Source of the DNA: Callorhinchus milii
Taxonomy: Eukaryota
Assembly (NCBI RefSeq): GCF_018977255.1
Contig: NW_024704742.1
Span: 63,924,001 to 63,988,000 of the forward strand
Direction: 5' to 3'
DNA: 64,000 bases
The stretch's first letter is position 1. Each line of letters begins with the position of its first letter. The notes beneath the pieces were generated by a model. That model was given only the letters and a program-made list of their open reading frames with translations, did not search any database and was not told the DNA's origin. Below are positions 1 to 11,349 of the stretch, one piece after another. The position numbers and the translations under genes are program-made.

Positions 1-88
1 GATAACAAAGAGTTTACTGCCAACATTTTCAGTCTCCAGCTGGTATCTTCCTCAGGGAAACACAGAGAACTATAAATGGAGCACTCAC

Positions 89-182
89 TTGGCACTCGAA
101 ACCCTGATCCATACACAACACATATGGGTTTACATTACAAACAAAAGCTTTATACAGCTTCTGCCATGCTGAGGTGAAAAAC
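89..182 (-). CDS. Candidate exon (FFTSAWQKLYKAFVCNVNPYVLCMDQGFECQ) of an unidentified gene
   Basis: CAG acceptor (weak pyrimidine tract) and GTGAGT donor; only one open frame; phase matches the candidate exon at 5379-5447. Confidence 0.25.
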
Positions 183-414
183 CTGTATTTGTATGATGCC
201 CATTATAAAAGGTAGCGTCTCGGAGCACAACACTGGAACCAAGGTTCCATAGAGCACACAAGTCATTGCCTTAATATTCACTTCCAATATAATCTTTCCA
301 GTATTATATTTCAGTACATTTAGAAAAAGGTCAGGCTCTATATTACAATAATAATGTCTTTCATTTTGGTCAAAAGGTTTTACTGTAAAGTATGGTATTT
401 ATATAGCTTGTAGG

Positions 415-715
415 TGAACCAATAGCCAATTTGCTCAGGGCAATGTCCTGTACATAGAGCAATGTCTAACAAACAGCCAAGAAGTGAATGACCATTTTCA
501 GCTGGGGGATTGTTGGCCTGGACATTGATAGATACTTCTCTCTTCATTCCATGGGATCTTTAACGTTCACTTGAACAGGCAGACGGAACGTACACCCGGG
601 CATTTTGTTGGAGTTTTAGCCTAGACAGCGAATTCAAAATTGCGACATGGAGTTTGAATACACAAAGTGTTCTTCTGACTCAGAGGTGAGCGTGTTTCCA
701 GCTAAGCCAGGCTAA
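415..715 (-). mobile_element. DeuSINE (family B), degenerate
   Basis: Reverse complement of the Deu-type motif ctgcctgttcaagtgaacgttaaagatcccatgg, with tRNA-like head near 670-715. Confidence 0.75.
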
Positions 716-979
716 TACATGACGATTCAAGCTGCTTCAACAATTACATTTATAGACATTACTATATGTATTTCCAGCACTATCACACTCCCTAAGGGAT
801 TATTGGCACCAGCACAGATATACATTATAAATTCATTTTGTGCGGCAGCAAAATAATATGGTTTGTACCAATGTAACCTCAATGCATTGTTCAGTGACTT
901 AAACTGCAGTTTGTTTGATGTACATTAATGTAACATGAATATGCTTTCAACAACAAGTGGAGTCCTGTAACTTAGTGGT

Positions 980-1370
980 GTGGAGTCCTGTAGCTTAATG
1001 GCTAGACCACTCGCAAGCGAGAGGACCTGGGTTCGATTCCCAGGCAGCATGAAATGTTGGGCAAGTTTCCTTACTCCTCACGCCTCTCTCCACCTAGCAG
1101 TAAGTAGGAGCCCTGTTGTTCGTCAATTGCCAGATTGCTTTTTCAGAGGTAATAATCCCTTTAAAAAAAATGTAGAATTCTTTTAACATTTAAAAAAAAG
1201 TCACAAAATCAACAACTGTTTGTGGGATACTGCTGTGTGCAATTGGCTGCCTTGTTTCGCCCACAAGGTATAGAGTCAATTCACTTTGCAGCGTTTGCTC
1301 TGAGGCACTTTGAGACATCTCAAAGACGTGATGAGGCACTAAATCAAATACAAGGATTATTTATTATTAT
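980..1370 (+). mobile_element. SINE family A, long variant (tRNA-Ala-like head, CORE-like segment, Deu-like 3' body, L2 tail)
   Basis: Head gtggagtcctgtagc...ggttcgattcc (Pol III A/B boxes), ttgggcaagtttcctt, 3' caaggattatttattatt. Confidence 0.9.
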
Positions 1371-2744
1371 CATCATCAAACCTCTGTGCCATAGAACTTT
1401 TAAAATGCAAACATTTCATTTCATCCAAAGGAGGGGACCCTTGATAATGCAGATGTCTCCCAGTACTTTCTCCTCTCAATTTACCCTCCTGCCCCTGACC
1501 TGCCTCAATTAACTTGGGATCTGCCTTTGTGTGCACTCGATGTGGGGTACAGGCAGGAGAATAGGGTTAAACTAGATGATTCATGTGGAAAAAAGCATCA
1601 GCATGGATATGATGTGCTGTAAGATTTAATGCCTGGATATATCCCTTCCGGTGTACTCTTATAATCATCCCACTCAGAGTTGCTCAAGGGGTGCTGTGTT
1701 GCAAAATTTCTAAGAAATTCCCCGGAATTTAGAAATGCTATCAATTTCATAAAGATTTGGATAACCTGACACTTACAAAAAAAACTTCTGTGGTAAAAAA
1801 TTGCCAACATATATTCCCAAACCGCAAGCTATAAATTCTTTTTTTACACTACTTTCTATCCGCGTGTGTGCTTGCCTCAGCCTGCCTTTCAGTGTTGAGT
1901 AACCTGCCATTCCTAATGATTATAAAAGACAAAGAAGGCCTGTACCTACATTACAACAATAACTTGCACTTTCAGAAGGATGATGTCAAATGGGCCGAAG
2001 GGCGTTTTTCATCTGAACCAATCTTGTGATCTAATGCAGAGTCTTTCATGTAGGAGAACTTCTCAGAGAAACCGCTTTAGAAAGGTGGAATGTAAGCCTG
2101 AGCAGGGTTGTAGATTGGTGGGGGGAAATGGGGGAGTGAGCGTATCTTGAGGTGCAACCAAAGAGGTATGTTCTTGGGGCTGGGTTTTGAGAGTGGAGTG
2201 GGTTGGAAGCAAGGTGGGGAGAATTTAGGGAGAGAGTTCCAGAGAATTGGGGCAAGATGGCTGAGGGTTTGGAAAATTGTTTGTTATTCCAACTTGCTCC
2301 CTCCTTCATCTCGTTCAAGATCTGTCTCAAGATCTACGTCTTTTACTGCACTTTTGGTCATCGTTCACCTCCCCGCCCCACTTGGCTCTCAACCCCAGCT
2401 CAGTTGCTAAGCCAGGATTGTTAAGCTCCTTGGGACACCTTCCCGATGTGAAAAGCACTGTATTTTTGTCTTCTGTGGCATAGTACTCCAAAATGTAGTC
2501 TTTTAATGTTATTAAACACAGTAGTCAGTCACTCAATGAAACAATAAAAACTATCCTTTAAAATTTCCTGAACCAACCACTGAAACACATAGGAATTGAA
2601 TTCAAATCTAGGAAGAATGGACACTAATTCAATTCACACTGACAGAATTTATATTTTCACTAATCATGCAGTATAAACAGGGGTAATAATTATTCAGAGG
2701 TAATAATCCCTTAAAAAAATTGAATTTTTTCAGTGTTGAATCCT

Positions 2745-3122
2745 TACCCTTGTATTCAATTCCCTCCACCCCTCTGCACCCCCCTACCTCTCTGACCTCC
2801 TCTCTCCTCAAAACAGTACCCGTTGCCTTTGTTCCTCCGGGTCTGGCCTCCTCCCTGTCCCCTGAGTCCTCCGCTCCACCCTCGGCGGCCATGTTTTCAG
2901 TCACTATGCCCCGAGGCTCTGGAACTGCCTTCCTCACTCCTTTCGTCTCGCTCCCTCCCTTCTCATTTTCAGGTCTCTGCCGAAGACCTTTCTTTTCAAC
3001 CGCCCCTTTGATCACCTTCCTCCCCCTCCCTCTGGCTCGGTCCCGGGATCCGTTACTATAAAGCGCTCTGAGACGCCGACTGGCGTGGAGGGCGCTATAT
3101 AAATCCAAGTTGTTGTTGTTGC
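2745..3122 (+). mobile_element. L2 LINE 3' fragment
   Basis: L2 C-terminal remnant (gccatgttttcagtcactatgccccgaggctctggaac), agcgct...gcgct stem, (TTG)n tail. Confidence 0.8.
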
Positions 3123-3147
3123 TGTTAATCTCCACTAAACATAACGA

Positions 3148-3515
3148 TATTCCTTGCATTTTGATATAGCGTCAGGAGGATGCCAAGATATATTGTCAAG
3201 TGTATTGACTGTGTATCTTTCAGGCGAAAGCGGCAGCCAATTTGTGCGCAGCAATGTCCCACAAACAGCCACAAAGTGAGTGATCAATTTTGTCTGGGGG
3301 ATAGTTGGCCAGGAACCAGAAGAGACGTCATTTTTATATCTACCTGAACAGACACAGACAGGACCTTGGTTTAACATCCAAAGGACAGCACCTCCTACAA
3401 TGCAGAGTTCCCCAGCACTGTATTGGAGTGTCAGCCTAGACTGTCAGCTCAAAATGCCAACATGGTGCTTGAACCCAAAACTTTCTGGCTCAGAGACGAG
3501 AATGAGCCATCTACT
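3148..3515 (-). mobile_element. DeuSINE (family B)
   Basis: Tail tccttgcattttgatatagcg, body gcagccaatttgtgc, head cttgaacccaaaactttctggctcagag. Confidence 0.8.
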
Positions 3516-3525
3516 ATGACATGTA

Positions 3526-3741
3526 CAGTATAAACAGTGTTCATCTTCACCAAATTACAGTATAAAAAAAATTAATCTCCACTGAATGTGTTGTGTAAAC
3601 CTAATGTTAATCTCCACTAAATTGACAGTATAATCCCAGTGTTAATCTCCGTTAAACATACAGTATAAACGCAGCATTAATCTCCACCAAACCCACAGTA
3701 TAAACACAGCATTAATCTCCACTGAACACACAGTATTAAAC
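3526..3741. repeat. Degenerate ~35-bp minisatellite, about 6 units
   Basis: Units resembling cagtataaacacagcattaatctccactaaacaca start at 3526, 3558, 3591, 3626, 3661 and 3696. Confidence 0.9.
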
Positions 3742-4669
3742 TAAAACAAATCAGGTGTTCTTGTGGAGAAACTCTATTTAAATCCTCAGAACTGCCGACT
3801 TGCAAAACTCCATTGGAAGATGACAGACTGAACATTGGACATAGGTTGCAGTGCAGCATGATCAATGCATCATAAATGTTTGTTTTTATTTGCCATTCGA
3901 CATTGGTAATAAATCCACAGACACCAGCAACATAAGGGCATTGCAAATTCCCCTGCTTGCAAACCTGCTAATGAACCTTGTAGACTACTTTAACAAGCGC
4001 CAGTTCCCCAATAAATTCACTTCTGTAAATGCCATTATACAATGATTTGACAGCCAAACCCTTCAGAATAAGAACCCAGAGCTTCACTCATTCCAATGGC
4101 TGAGAACTGATCCACAGGACATCCACCTGAGAGCAAAGCTTTGAAAAGGTATCCGGGTTTCTGTAAGAAGACCCCTCTTCACACTGGTAAACTAGGTTAA
4201 ACAAACAAAAAATACCTGTAGCTGAATTTCAGCAAAACGTTGCTGCAAATTGGCAGTGCAGACAAGAGCCCTGTGTGTATCAGCAAGCTTGCAGAAGGAA
4301 AGGCATGAACATGTATTCTTTCAAGCGTACTGGAATGCCAGTAGTAAACTGTTATAAAAGGCTGTCTGACAATGACGCTGCGAAATGAATCACTGCCAGA
4401 TCATCGCCAAACTCATCCATTGTTGAGTCATTACTGCTGTGCTTTTTCAAACCATTATGTGAACACTAATTAGCAGTGCCCTGTTTACACGGGAAATTGG
4501 GACTTCTGCTGCTCCAGAATTTTCCTGTTTTCACACACTAGCTGTTGAATTGACAGCTTCCTAACATTCTCCTGTCGTCTACTAAACACGGCATGCGTAA
4601 TGGGGAAAATATGCTCTGAATCATACTAGAAATACGTTCCCTAAGAGCAATTCAGATCTGGATGTTCAT

Positions 4670-4955
4670 TTTATTTTTTGGTCAGCTGTGTGCCTGACAC
4701 ATGCGGAAACCCATCACCATGCTTACGAGTATCCAAACCAGATTGACAGTTCCACATATGTATACCGTCTGTACGTGGACATTTCCCTGTGTCCGGAATG
4801 GAATGTGCACTCTCTCCTAGGATGCCCCATGTTTACAAATTGCGGTAAATCCTGGTGCAGGTTGACAAGAGCCAAGGCTTGGAGACCCCAGAGTGTGTGT
4901 TGGGTTATTGCTGGAGTCCAACCAGCTAAAACCCATAGCTTGCCATTGAGAATGT
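4670..4955 (-). mobile_element. Unclassified interspersed repeat (family U)
   Basis: ggtcagct..gacacatgcggaaacccatcaccatgctt...gccaaggcttgg...gccattgag recurs at 26.7, 26.9, 29.9, 56.2 and 62.8 kb. Confidence 0.75.
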
Positions 4956-5378
4956 TCACCTGTGCTCACCCAGCAAAAAGATGGTTTACATTCACCAGTA
5001 GGATCAGGTAAACATGAATTAGGTAAACATGTTAGGAGTGGCAATCTGTCTACTTGTTAATCTCAATTCTATCCATTCTGTACATCACCTTCCCCCCACC
5101 CCTACTCACAACATATCCATTTGCCTCTTGCCTCATTCATAGTATTCAATTCAATGGCCTACCTTAATAATAGATGCCACATTGGATTCCACATTCCACA
5201 TGGATGTTGTGTGGTTCTGTGTGTGTGTGTACTGGGTGAAAACGCAACATTCAGTATTTTAAATATCACCAGTGATATCTTTCACTTTGCTGAAAAGTGT
5301 CTTGCAAACCTGTTCTTAAACTGTGGATGAGTTTTGAATCATCACATACCCAGTTCAGTATGACTACACTACAAGTAC

Positions 5379-5447
5379 CTTGTGGTGCTTTTGTTCCAGC
5401 TTGTTATAGCAAGAGCTGCTGTATCAGCATTCACAGCAGATGAGACT
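5379..5447 (-). CDS. Candidate exon (VSSAVNADTAALAITSWNKSTT)
   Basis: ctcctattatag acceptor, AAG|GTACT donor, single open frame, phase 2/2. Confidence 0.2.
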
Positions 5448-5784
5448 CTATAATAGGAGTTTTCACACCAACACCCTGTTTGAGTGAGCCTGACATAGCT
5501 CGGCTGGGTTAAGTCCACCTAATTTTTTGTTGACGTGTCTCAGACTGAGTGTTCTAGTCACAGTTAATACTTTCGCTGTGGCAGTACCAGGATCCATCCC
5601 TGCCACATTACCTCAGGTCCTCCCAACTCCATCTGAGTTTCTTGGTCCAGGATTCTCATCTGAGTCAAACCTTTCCTATAGTAACTGTTCTGAGCCAGAC
5701 TGCATCTGTGCCAGCCTAAAATCTTAGACACATCACATCCAAACCTGTTTATAGGAAACTCTGTTTGTACCCATTCCTGCCCCT

Positions 5785-6710
5785 ACTACGTCATGTTTTT
5801 CAGGGCTCTATCTCTCCCTTTTAATATCTACCTGCTCCTATTCAGTAATGGCATGCTCAGACACAGGGTTAGCTTTCACATGTATGCGTAACGCTATCTG
5901 TCTGCCTCCACTGGACCACTGCTGTTCTGACCAATTGCCTGTCGAATATTAAGTCCTGGATGAAAGCTAACTTTCTCCAGTTGAATGTTGACAAGACAGA
6001 CGCTGTTCTGCTTGACTCCCGTCAGCACCTTCTCAACTCAACTCAAGGGCTGACAGCATCACTATACGTGGATGCACTCTCCACCTTACCGATCCAGTAT
6101 GGAACCTTGGTGTCTTGTTCAACTTTCAGCTGTCCTTTAAACCCCATATTCAATGCCTGACCCGTTCACCTTTCCCTCACTTCCACAACATTGTGCAGCT
6201 GGCTGCTGAGACCCTTATCTATGCATTCATCACAACCAGGATAGACTATACTAGCTCTCTGTCGTAGGACTTCCCAAGTCTTCCCTCCACAAACTGCAGC
6301 TTGTGGAGGGAAGAGATGGGAAGTCCCACTTGTGTCCTCTTGTGTTCTCTCCAGTACTAGGCTCTAGAGCTAGTGCCCAGGATACTGTTAAGCTCCACTG
6401 GCTCCCCACTTTCCTGCTTCATGTCCCCCGCCCTGCCCGCCCCACCAACGGTGGTCGAGTCTTCAGCCTTTCTGCGCCCAATCTTTGGAACTGCATCCCA
6501 GAGTTTTTTTGCCTCGCCTCCTTCCTTGTCTCCTTCAAGGTCTGTTTCAAGACCTTACTCTTTGACTGTGCCTTCGGTCACCTTCCCACCCCCACTCCCT
6601 TGGCCCTCACCACTCTAGAATCCAACCCCCAGCTCAGGTGCAAACCATCGACTGTCCTGTATCTTGGAACATCCTCCCAATGTGAAAGGGACTATGTAAA
6701 TGTTGTTGTA
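5785..6710 (+). mobile_element. L2 LINE, decayed RT C-terminus and 3' end
   Basis: MKANFLQLNVDKTD and GGRVFSLSAPNLWN motifs, YA* at the YADD position, gttgttg tail. Confidence 0.85.
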
Positions 6711-7152
6711 TAAATACTTGAGAAGTATGGAGAAAAAGCAGGATCTGCCATGATCTAATAAACTGGTGGCCCATGCTGCATAATGAATAAATTAACCTTT
6801 CACATTGTGAGGATGTCTATTACTGAGTATTTGTAGATGAATGCAGCAGCCAATTTGCACAGAACAATGCCCCACAGCCAAAAAGTAAATGACCAATTTT
6901 AGCTGGGCGGGTGTTGAATAGATGGCGGGGAGAAACTCCCTTTTTATTCATACATATTATTGTGTCTAGGAATGACATGAGGCGTACAAAATGCCATGCA
7001 AAGAATCAAGCATTAATACAGAAGCGCACGTTAAGCACAAATGTATTATGGATTTGCTGAACGCTGCAAAATACAACGAACGTACGCGGATTTAAAACAA
7101 GGGCATTATGTTGCTAGCAACATTCTTTATCACGCGTGTATTTCTATGTAGA

Positions 7153-7780
7153 GTCTTGTAGTGTATTGGTTAGAGTACTTGTCTCGCAAGTGAGAGGACC
7201 CTGTTTGATTCCTGGGCAGGGCAAAACTTTAGGCTAGTCTCCTTACTCCACACGCCTGTTTTCCTAGTAATAAGTAGGAACCCGGTTGTTAGTCAATTCA
7301 TGGATTGCTTTCCGTGGATAATAATTGCTTCAACTAATAAATGAATAATTTGGTCACTCAATCCATGACTCAACCCCCACACTCTGGAACTCCATCCCAC
7401 AGTCCCTTCGTCTCGCTTCCTCCTTTGCCTTCTTCAAGGCCGGTCTCGAGACCCTTCTCTTCGACCGTGCCTTTGGTCTCCCTCCCACCTCTCTGCCTTC
7501 TCTCACCCCTACACCACCCCTCGCCCATGCTCATGCTCCGACACCTGACTGATCAGCACTTTGGGACGTCCTCCCAATGTGAAAGGCGCTCTATAAATGT
7601 AATTTTGTTGTTGTTGTTGTTGTTGTTGTTGCTGTTGGTGGGACACTGCTGTGTGCAATTGATTGCTGCATTTCGCCAACAAAATATACAATCAATTCAC
7701 TTTACAATATATTCCGTGAAGTGTTTTGATATCTCTCGATGAAGTGATAAGGCGCTATATCAAATGCAAGGATCACTATT
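7153..7780 (+). mobile_element. SINE family A interrupted by an L2 3' fragment (about 7372-7633)
   Basis: SINE head at 7153-7370, L2 3' end with long (TTG)n, SINE body resumes at ctgttggtgggacactgc. Confidence 0.85.
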
Positions 7781-8090
7781 ACAAAAATAAAACAAATATG
7801 CGTGCGTTTAAAACAATGTGTGTTGCTCATAACTCCCATTATCACCTTTGCATTTCTGTATTCACTTATTTATGCTTTTTGAAACTCCTTCAAAAGGTCT
7901 GTCACTAAGCTTCTCTTTCAAGAGCAATTCAACCTGAATTCCTGATCCACACCAAACCAAATACAGCTTGGCCTATAATCCGCAAGGACTAACCTTTGAA
8001 CTGTGAAGTAAGTAAATATACTTTGCTGTTTTCAGGCTTCATGCTTTCAACTCAGCTTTCAACCTGTATAAATAAGTGACTGATTCTGAC

Positions 8091-8133
8091 CTGGTTGGCC
8101 TTCTTGGTTCTAATATTTTTAAACTTTGCTTTC
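8091..8133 (-). CDS. Candidate exon (KQSLKILEPRRPT)
   Basis: ccattcag acceptor, CAG|GTCAGA donor, phase 1/2 frame fits both neighbouring candidates. Confidence 0.2.
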
Positions 8134-8392
8134 CTGAATGGATCCAATAACACAAGCAGCTAATCCTCTGGCGACCAATTTATTCCCTCATTTCTCTGGG
8201 TCACTGTCCAAATCACAGCATTTTCCTATGCCGGATAAGGTTGGAACAATTTTAAGTTGAGGCAACACTTGCCCATAAAAGGCTGGGATCAAGATTAGTA
8301 ACTGGATCAGTTACAGTGCAAGGGGTGTTTCTACTGCATGTGGAGTCATCTTATCATGATGGAACAGTTATTTAAATGACTTATGGAAGCAG

Positions 8393-8862
8393 GGATTCTT
8401 CCCACTCAGTTCTTGTTAACCCTGCAAGCCAAAGACCTAGGTGTGTCAAACACCCGGGTGACCAAACATAAATGAAACTTGCTATTGTTCCATGTGGATT
8501 TAGCTTCAGACAACAGCACTTCCCTTTGCTACAGGTACTTGCTCCACGTTCTTCAAGCCATTTGTCTTGTTCTCAAAGAAACAAAGTCACAAAATTCTAT
8601 GAGGGGCTAAACACAGTGAAAGAGAACTGGCAACATGTGATGCTACCAGCGAGTTCCATGATCAGGACATGCAATGGAGAGCTGATATCTTTGTGCACAC
8701 TATGGGATAATGTCCCCAGACAGGATGGAACCTATTGGTTCCCATTACATCTCACAACTGTTGTTGTCAATAAGCTCAATGGCAAGCTTTGAGGTTTTAG
8801 CTGGTTAAACTGTAGCCGTACCTCCAACCCATACTCTGGGGTCCCAAGCCTTGGTCTTGCCA
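8393..8862 (+). mobile_element. Family U fragments (about 8393-8470 and 8773-8862)
   Basis: Reverse complements of tctttggcttgcagggttaac and gccaaggcttgg...gccattgag seen at 4.9 and 56.4-56.6 kb. Confidence 0.65.
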
Positions 8863-9064
8863 TTAATAATAATAATAATGCTTCCACTTGATATAGCGCC
8901 TTATTACGTCTTTGAGAAGCCTCAAAGGGCTTCATAGAATATTATGTAAAGTGAATTGACTGTATATTTTGTGAGCAATAAACAGTCTCCCATCAAATTC
9001 AATGGATCAGTTCAATATAACCTAACATGAACCAAACAGTCTTAATTTTAAGGTCACCATATAG

Positions 9065-9250
9065 AAGATCATCACCATCATCAAATATCTCATCCCTTTC
9101 ATCACTGGTACTAACCTCGTAAACCTACGCTGCACCCGCTCCAAGGCAAGTACATCCTTCCTTAAATAAGGAGACCAAAACTGGACACAGTATTCCAGGT
9201 GTGGTCTCATTAGGGCCCTATACAGTTGCAGCAAGACTTCCCTACCCTTA
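9065..9250 (-). mobile_element. CR1 LINE ORF2 fragment
   Basis: [37 protein letters not shown], a typical CR1 RT C-terminal motif. Confidence 0.92.
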
Positions 9251-9253
9251 TAA

Positions 9254-9497
9254 ACCTTGGGCAAGTTTCCTTACTCCACACGCCTAATAATAATCCCTCC
9301 AAAACAAAACAATAATAAATTGGTCATTTTCAATCCACGACTGTTTGTGGGACACTGCTGTGCGCAATTGGCTGCCGCGTTTCGCCCACAAATATACGGT
9401 CAATTCACTTTACAGTCTATTCTGTGAAGCGCTTTGAGACATCTAGAAGATGTGAAAAGCGCTATATTAAATGCAAGGATTATTATTATTATTATTA
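9254..9497 (+). mobile_element. SINE family A, headless short variant
   Basis: accttgggcaagtttccttactccacac...caaggattattattattatta. Confidence 0.9.
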
Positions 9498-9544
9498 AAA
9501 TACTTTTTACCATAAAGTGTAGTCACTGTGTGTTTGGAGGAGAA

Positions 9545-9760
9545 TGCTCTACGGAGGAGGTGGGGGGGATTGTGTTTGAAGCAAAATCCATAATAGTTTG
9601 AAATAGCAATTAGAAAAATATTTTAAAAAGAGAAAATATAAAAGGGTGCGGGGAAAAGGCAGAAGAATTGGGTTAAATGGAAAGTTATTATGGAAAGCCG
9701 GCACAGGTGCAGGCATGATGGGCCAAAAGGATTTCTTTGCTGAAAAACTCTATGACCCTG
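9545..9760 (+). mobile_element. CR1 3' end, old
   Basis: gggtgcggggaaaaggcag...ggcatgatgggccaaaagg resembles the CR1 3' UTR. Confidence 0.6.
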
Positions 9761-10055
9761 TCAGTCCACACAATTCACAATTATGAAATGCAGGGAGGGC
9801 GGGGGTTGGAGGTGAGAAGAACATCATTGTACCTTCAAAACCTCATTCTCACTGTCTCCCTCACTTCCAAATCAGACACCCTATGATGTAAAGTGTCTGA
9901 TTTGGCTTAGAATGAATCACCTCCTCGAGGGTAGGGTGGCATGTGGGGTGGGGGGGTGGGGGGGTTGTGGGCAGAGGTATGGACCTATTGCATAAGAAAT
10001 ATCACCAGTGTGGTAAACACCTTCAAAGGTAAGGGTGTTTACTGAACTCAATTAC

Positions 10056-10257
10056 CAATTTCAAGCAGTACAGTTTTTTCCGTTTGTGTTCTCTTTCCAT
10101 TTCTGTGAAATTGTTTTTGAGGCAATATAGCTTTGAGCATCACTTCCATTTGCCCTTTGTTCCAACTTGCGTGAACAGAAACCACAGATATGTGAAACTC
10201 TCGATCTGATTTGGATGCACTAAAACGTGTTGATGAGGTTTCCCGTGTGTCAGACAC
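10056..10257 (-). CDS. Candidate exon (...REFHISVVSVHASWNKGQMEVMLKAILPQKQFHRNGKRTQTEKTVLLEIG); 5' boundary uncertain (10257, 10205 or lower)
   Basis: 67-codon open frame in non-repeat DNA ending at a G|GTAATT donor in phase 1. Confidence 0.22.
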
Positions 10258-11349
10258 CTAGCTGATCAACCCCCCCAACCCCCCCAACGCAAAATTTCTA
10301 ACTTACGGAAGGAACCTATACATTCCTCCTCAGTCTCAATGACATAGGGTTGTTCATTCCATTTCCCTTTGAGACAGAGTTTTTTTTTAGCTCACTGAGG
10401 GGCAGGAGTGCAGTGAGCAAGGCAGTGTCTGAAGACAACAGGCAAATCCCTCTCCCCTACCATTCTGAGTCAATGGAGGAGAATTATATCCAAGGAATCA
10501 TCATTTCTGATGAAGGGACACACTTGAAAAAAAATCATTTGCCATCTTCTCAGAGTGTAGGTCACAATGTCTATTTTTGAGTTCAGTGCATGTGGGCATC
10601 AGAGGGCCAGTTATCAGTGCTGCTGTTTTATTAGTCCCAACCCCCACAGCAAACTGCCTCGAAAGCTTCAATGTAATAATATGTAATATTATTATTATGT
10701 TGGCTTTCATTTCAAATCTATGAAAAAGGGCTGATTTGGACAGTGGATACATATGACTGGGTTTATGCAGTCATCTATGGATTGTGTATCCCAATGTGTG
10801 CTTTGATTATTCTCTGAGGTTTGGAGTATGCTATGAGGATCCTAATGCAATGTCTCGTATTTCTTTCTGTCTGACGAATTAACCAAACACTTGCAGGATG
10901 TTGTTTGATTGAACCGATCAGCTTGTTAATTAACTCAATACACTCTGGTGACACTTCCAAGCTTGCCGCAGTTGGTAGAGGTTTCTAGGTTCAAGTCCCC
11001 ATATAATAATAATCCTTGCAATTGATATAGTGTTTTATCATGTCTTCAAAACTGTATAATTTGCGATGATGCGGTAGTTAATTGGGTAGAGCAATGTCCC
11101 ATGTCAGGACTGAGCTTCCAGACTTGGCTAACACTTCATTGCTGTGTTGGAGGAGTGCTGCATTGTCAGAGGTGCCACTCTTTCAATGAAAGGTTAAACT
11201 GAGGGTTTGTCTGCCTTTTCAGGTAGACATGACACTATTCAAAAAGTTTCTCCGGGTGTCCTGGCCATCAATTCACCTCATGGTTTTTTGAGGGATTATG
11301 ATGTGCACAAACAGGTTGTTGTGTTTACCTGCAAAAGCAGTCAATAATA

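Noticed and set aside
3526..3741. CRISPR-like periodicity
   Set aside because: Whole units are homologous with no unique spacers, there are no cas genes, and the context is eukaryotic
7509..7742. PolyQ and polyL ORFs
   Set aside because: Translation of the L2 (TTG)n tail
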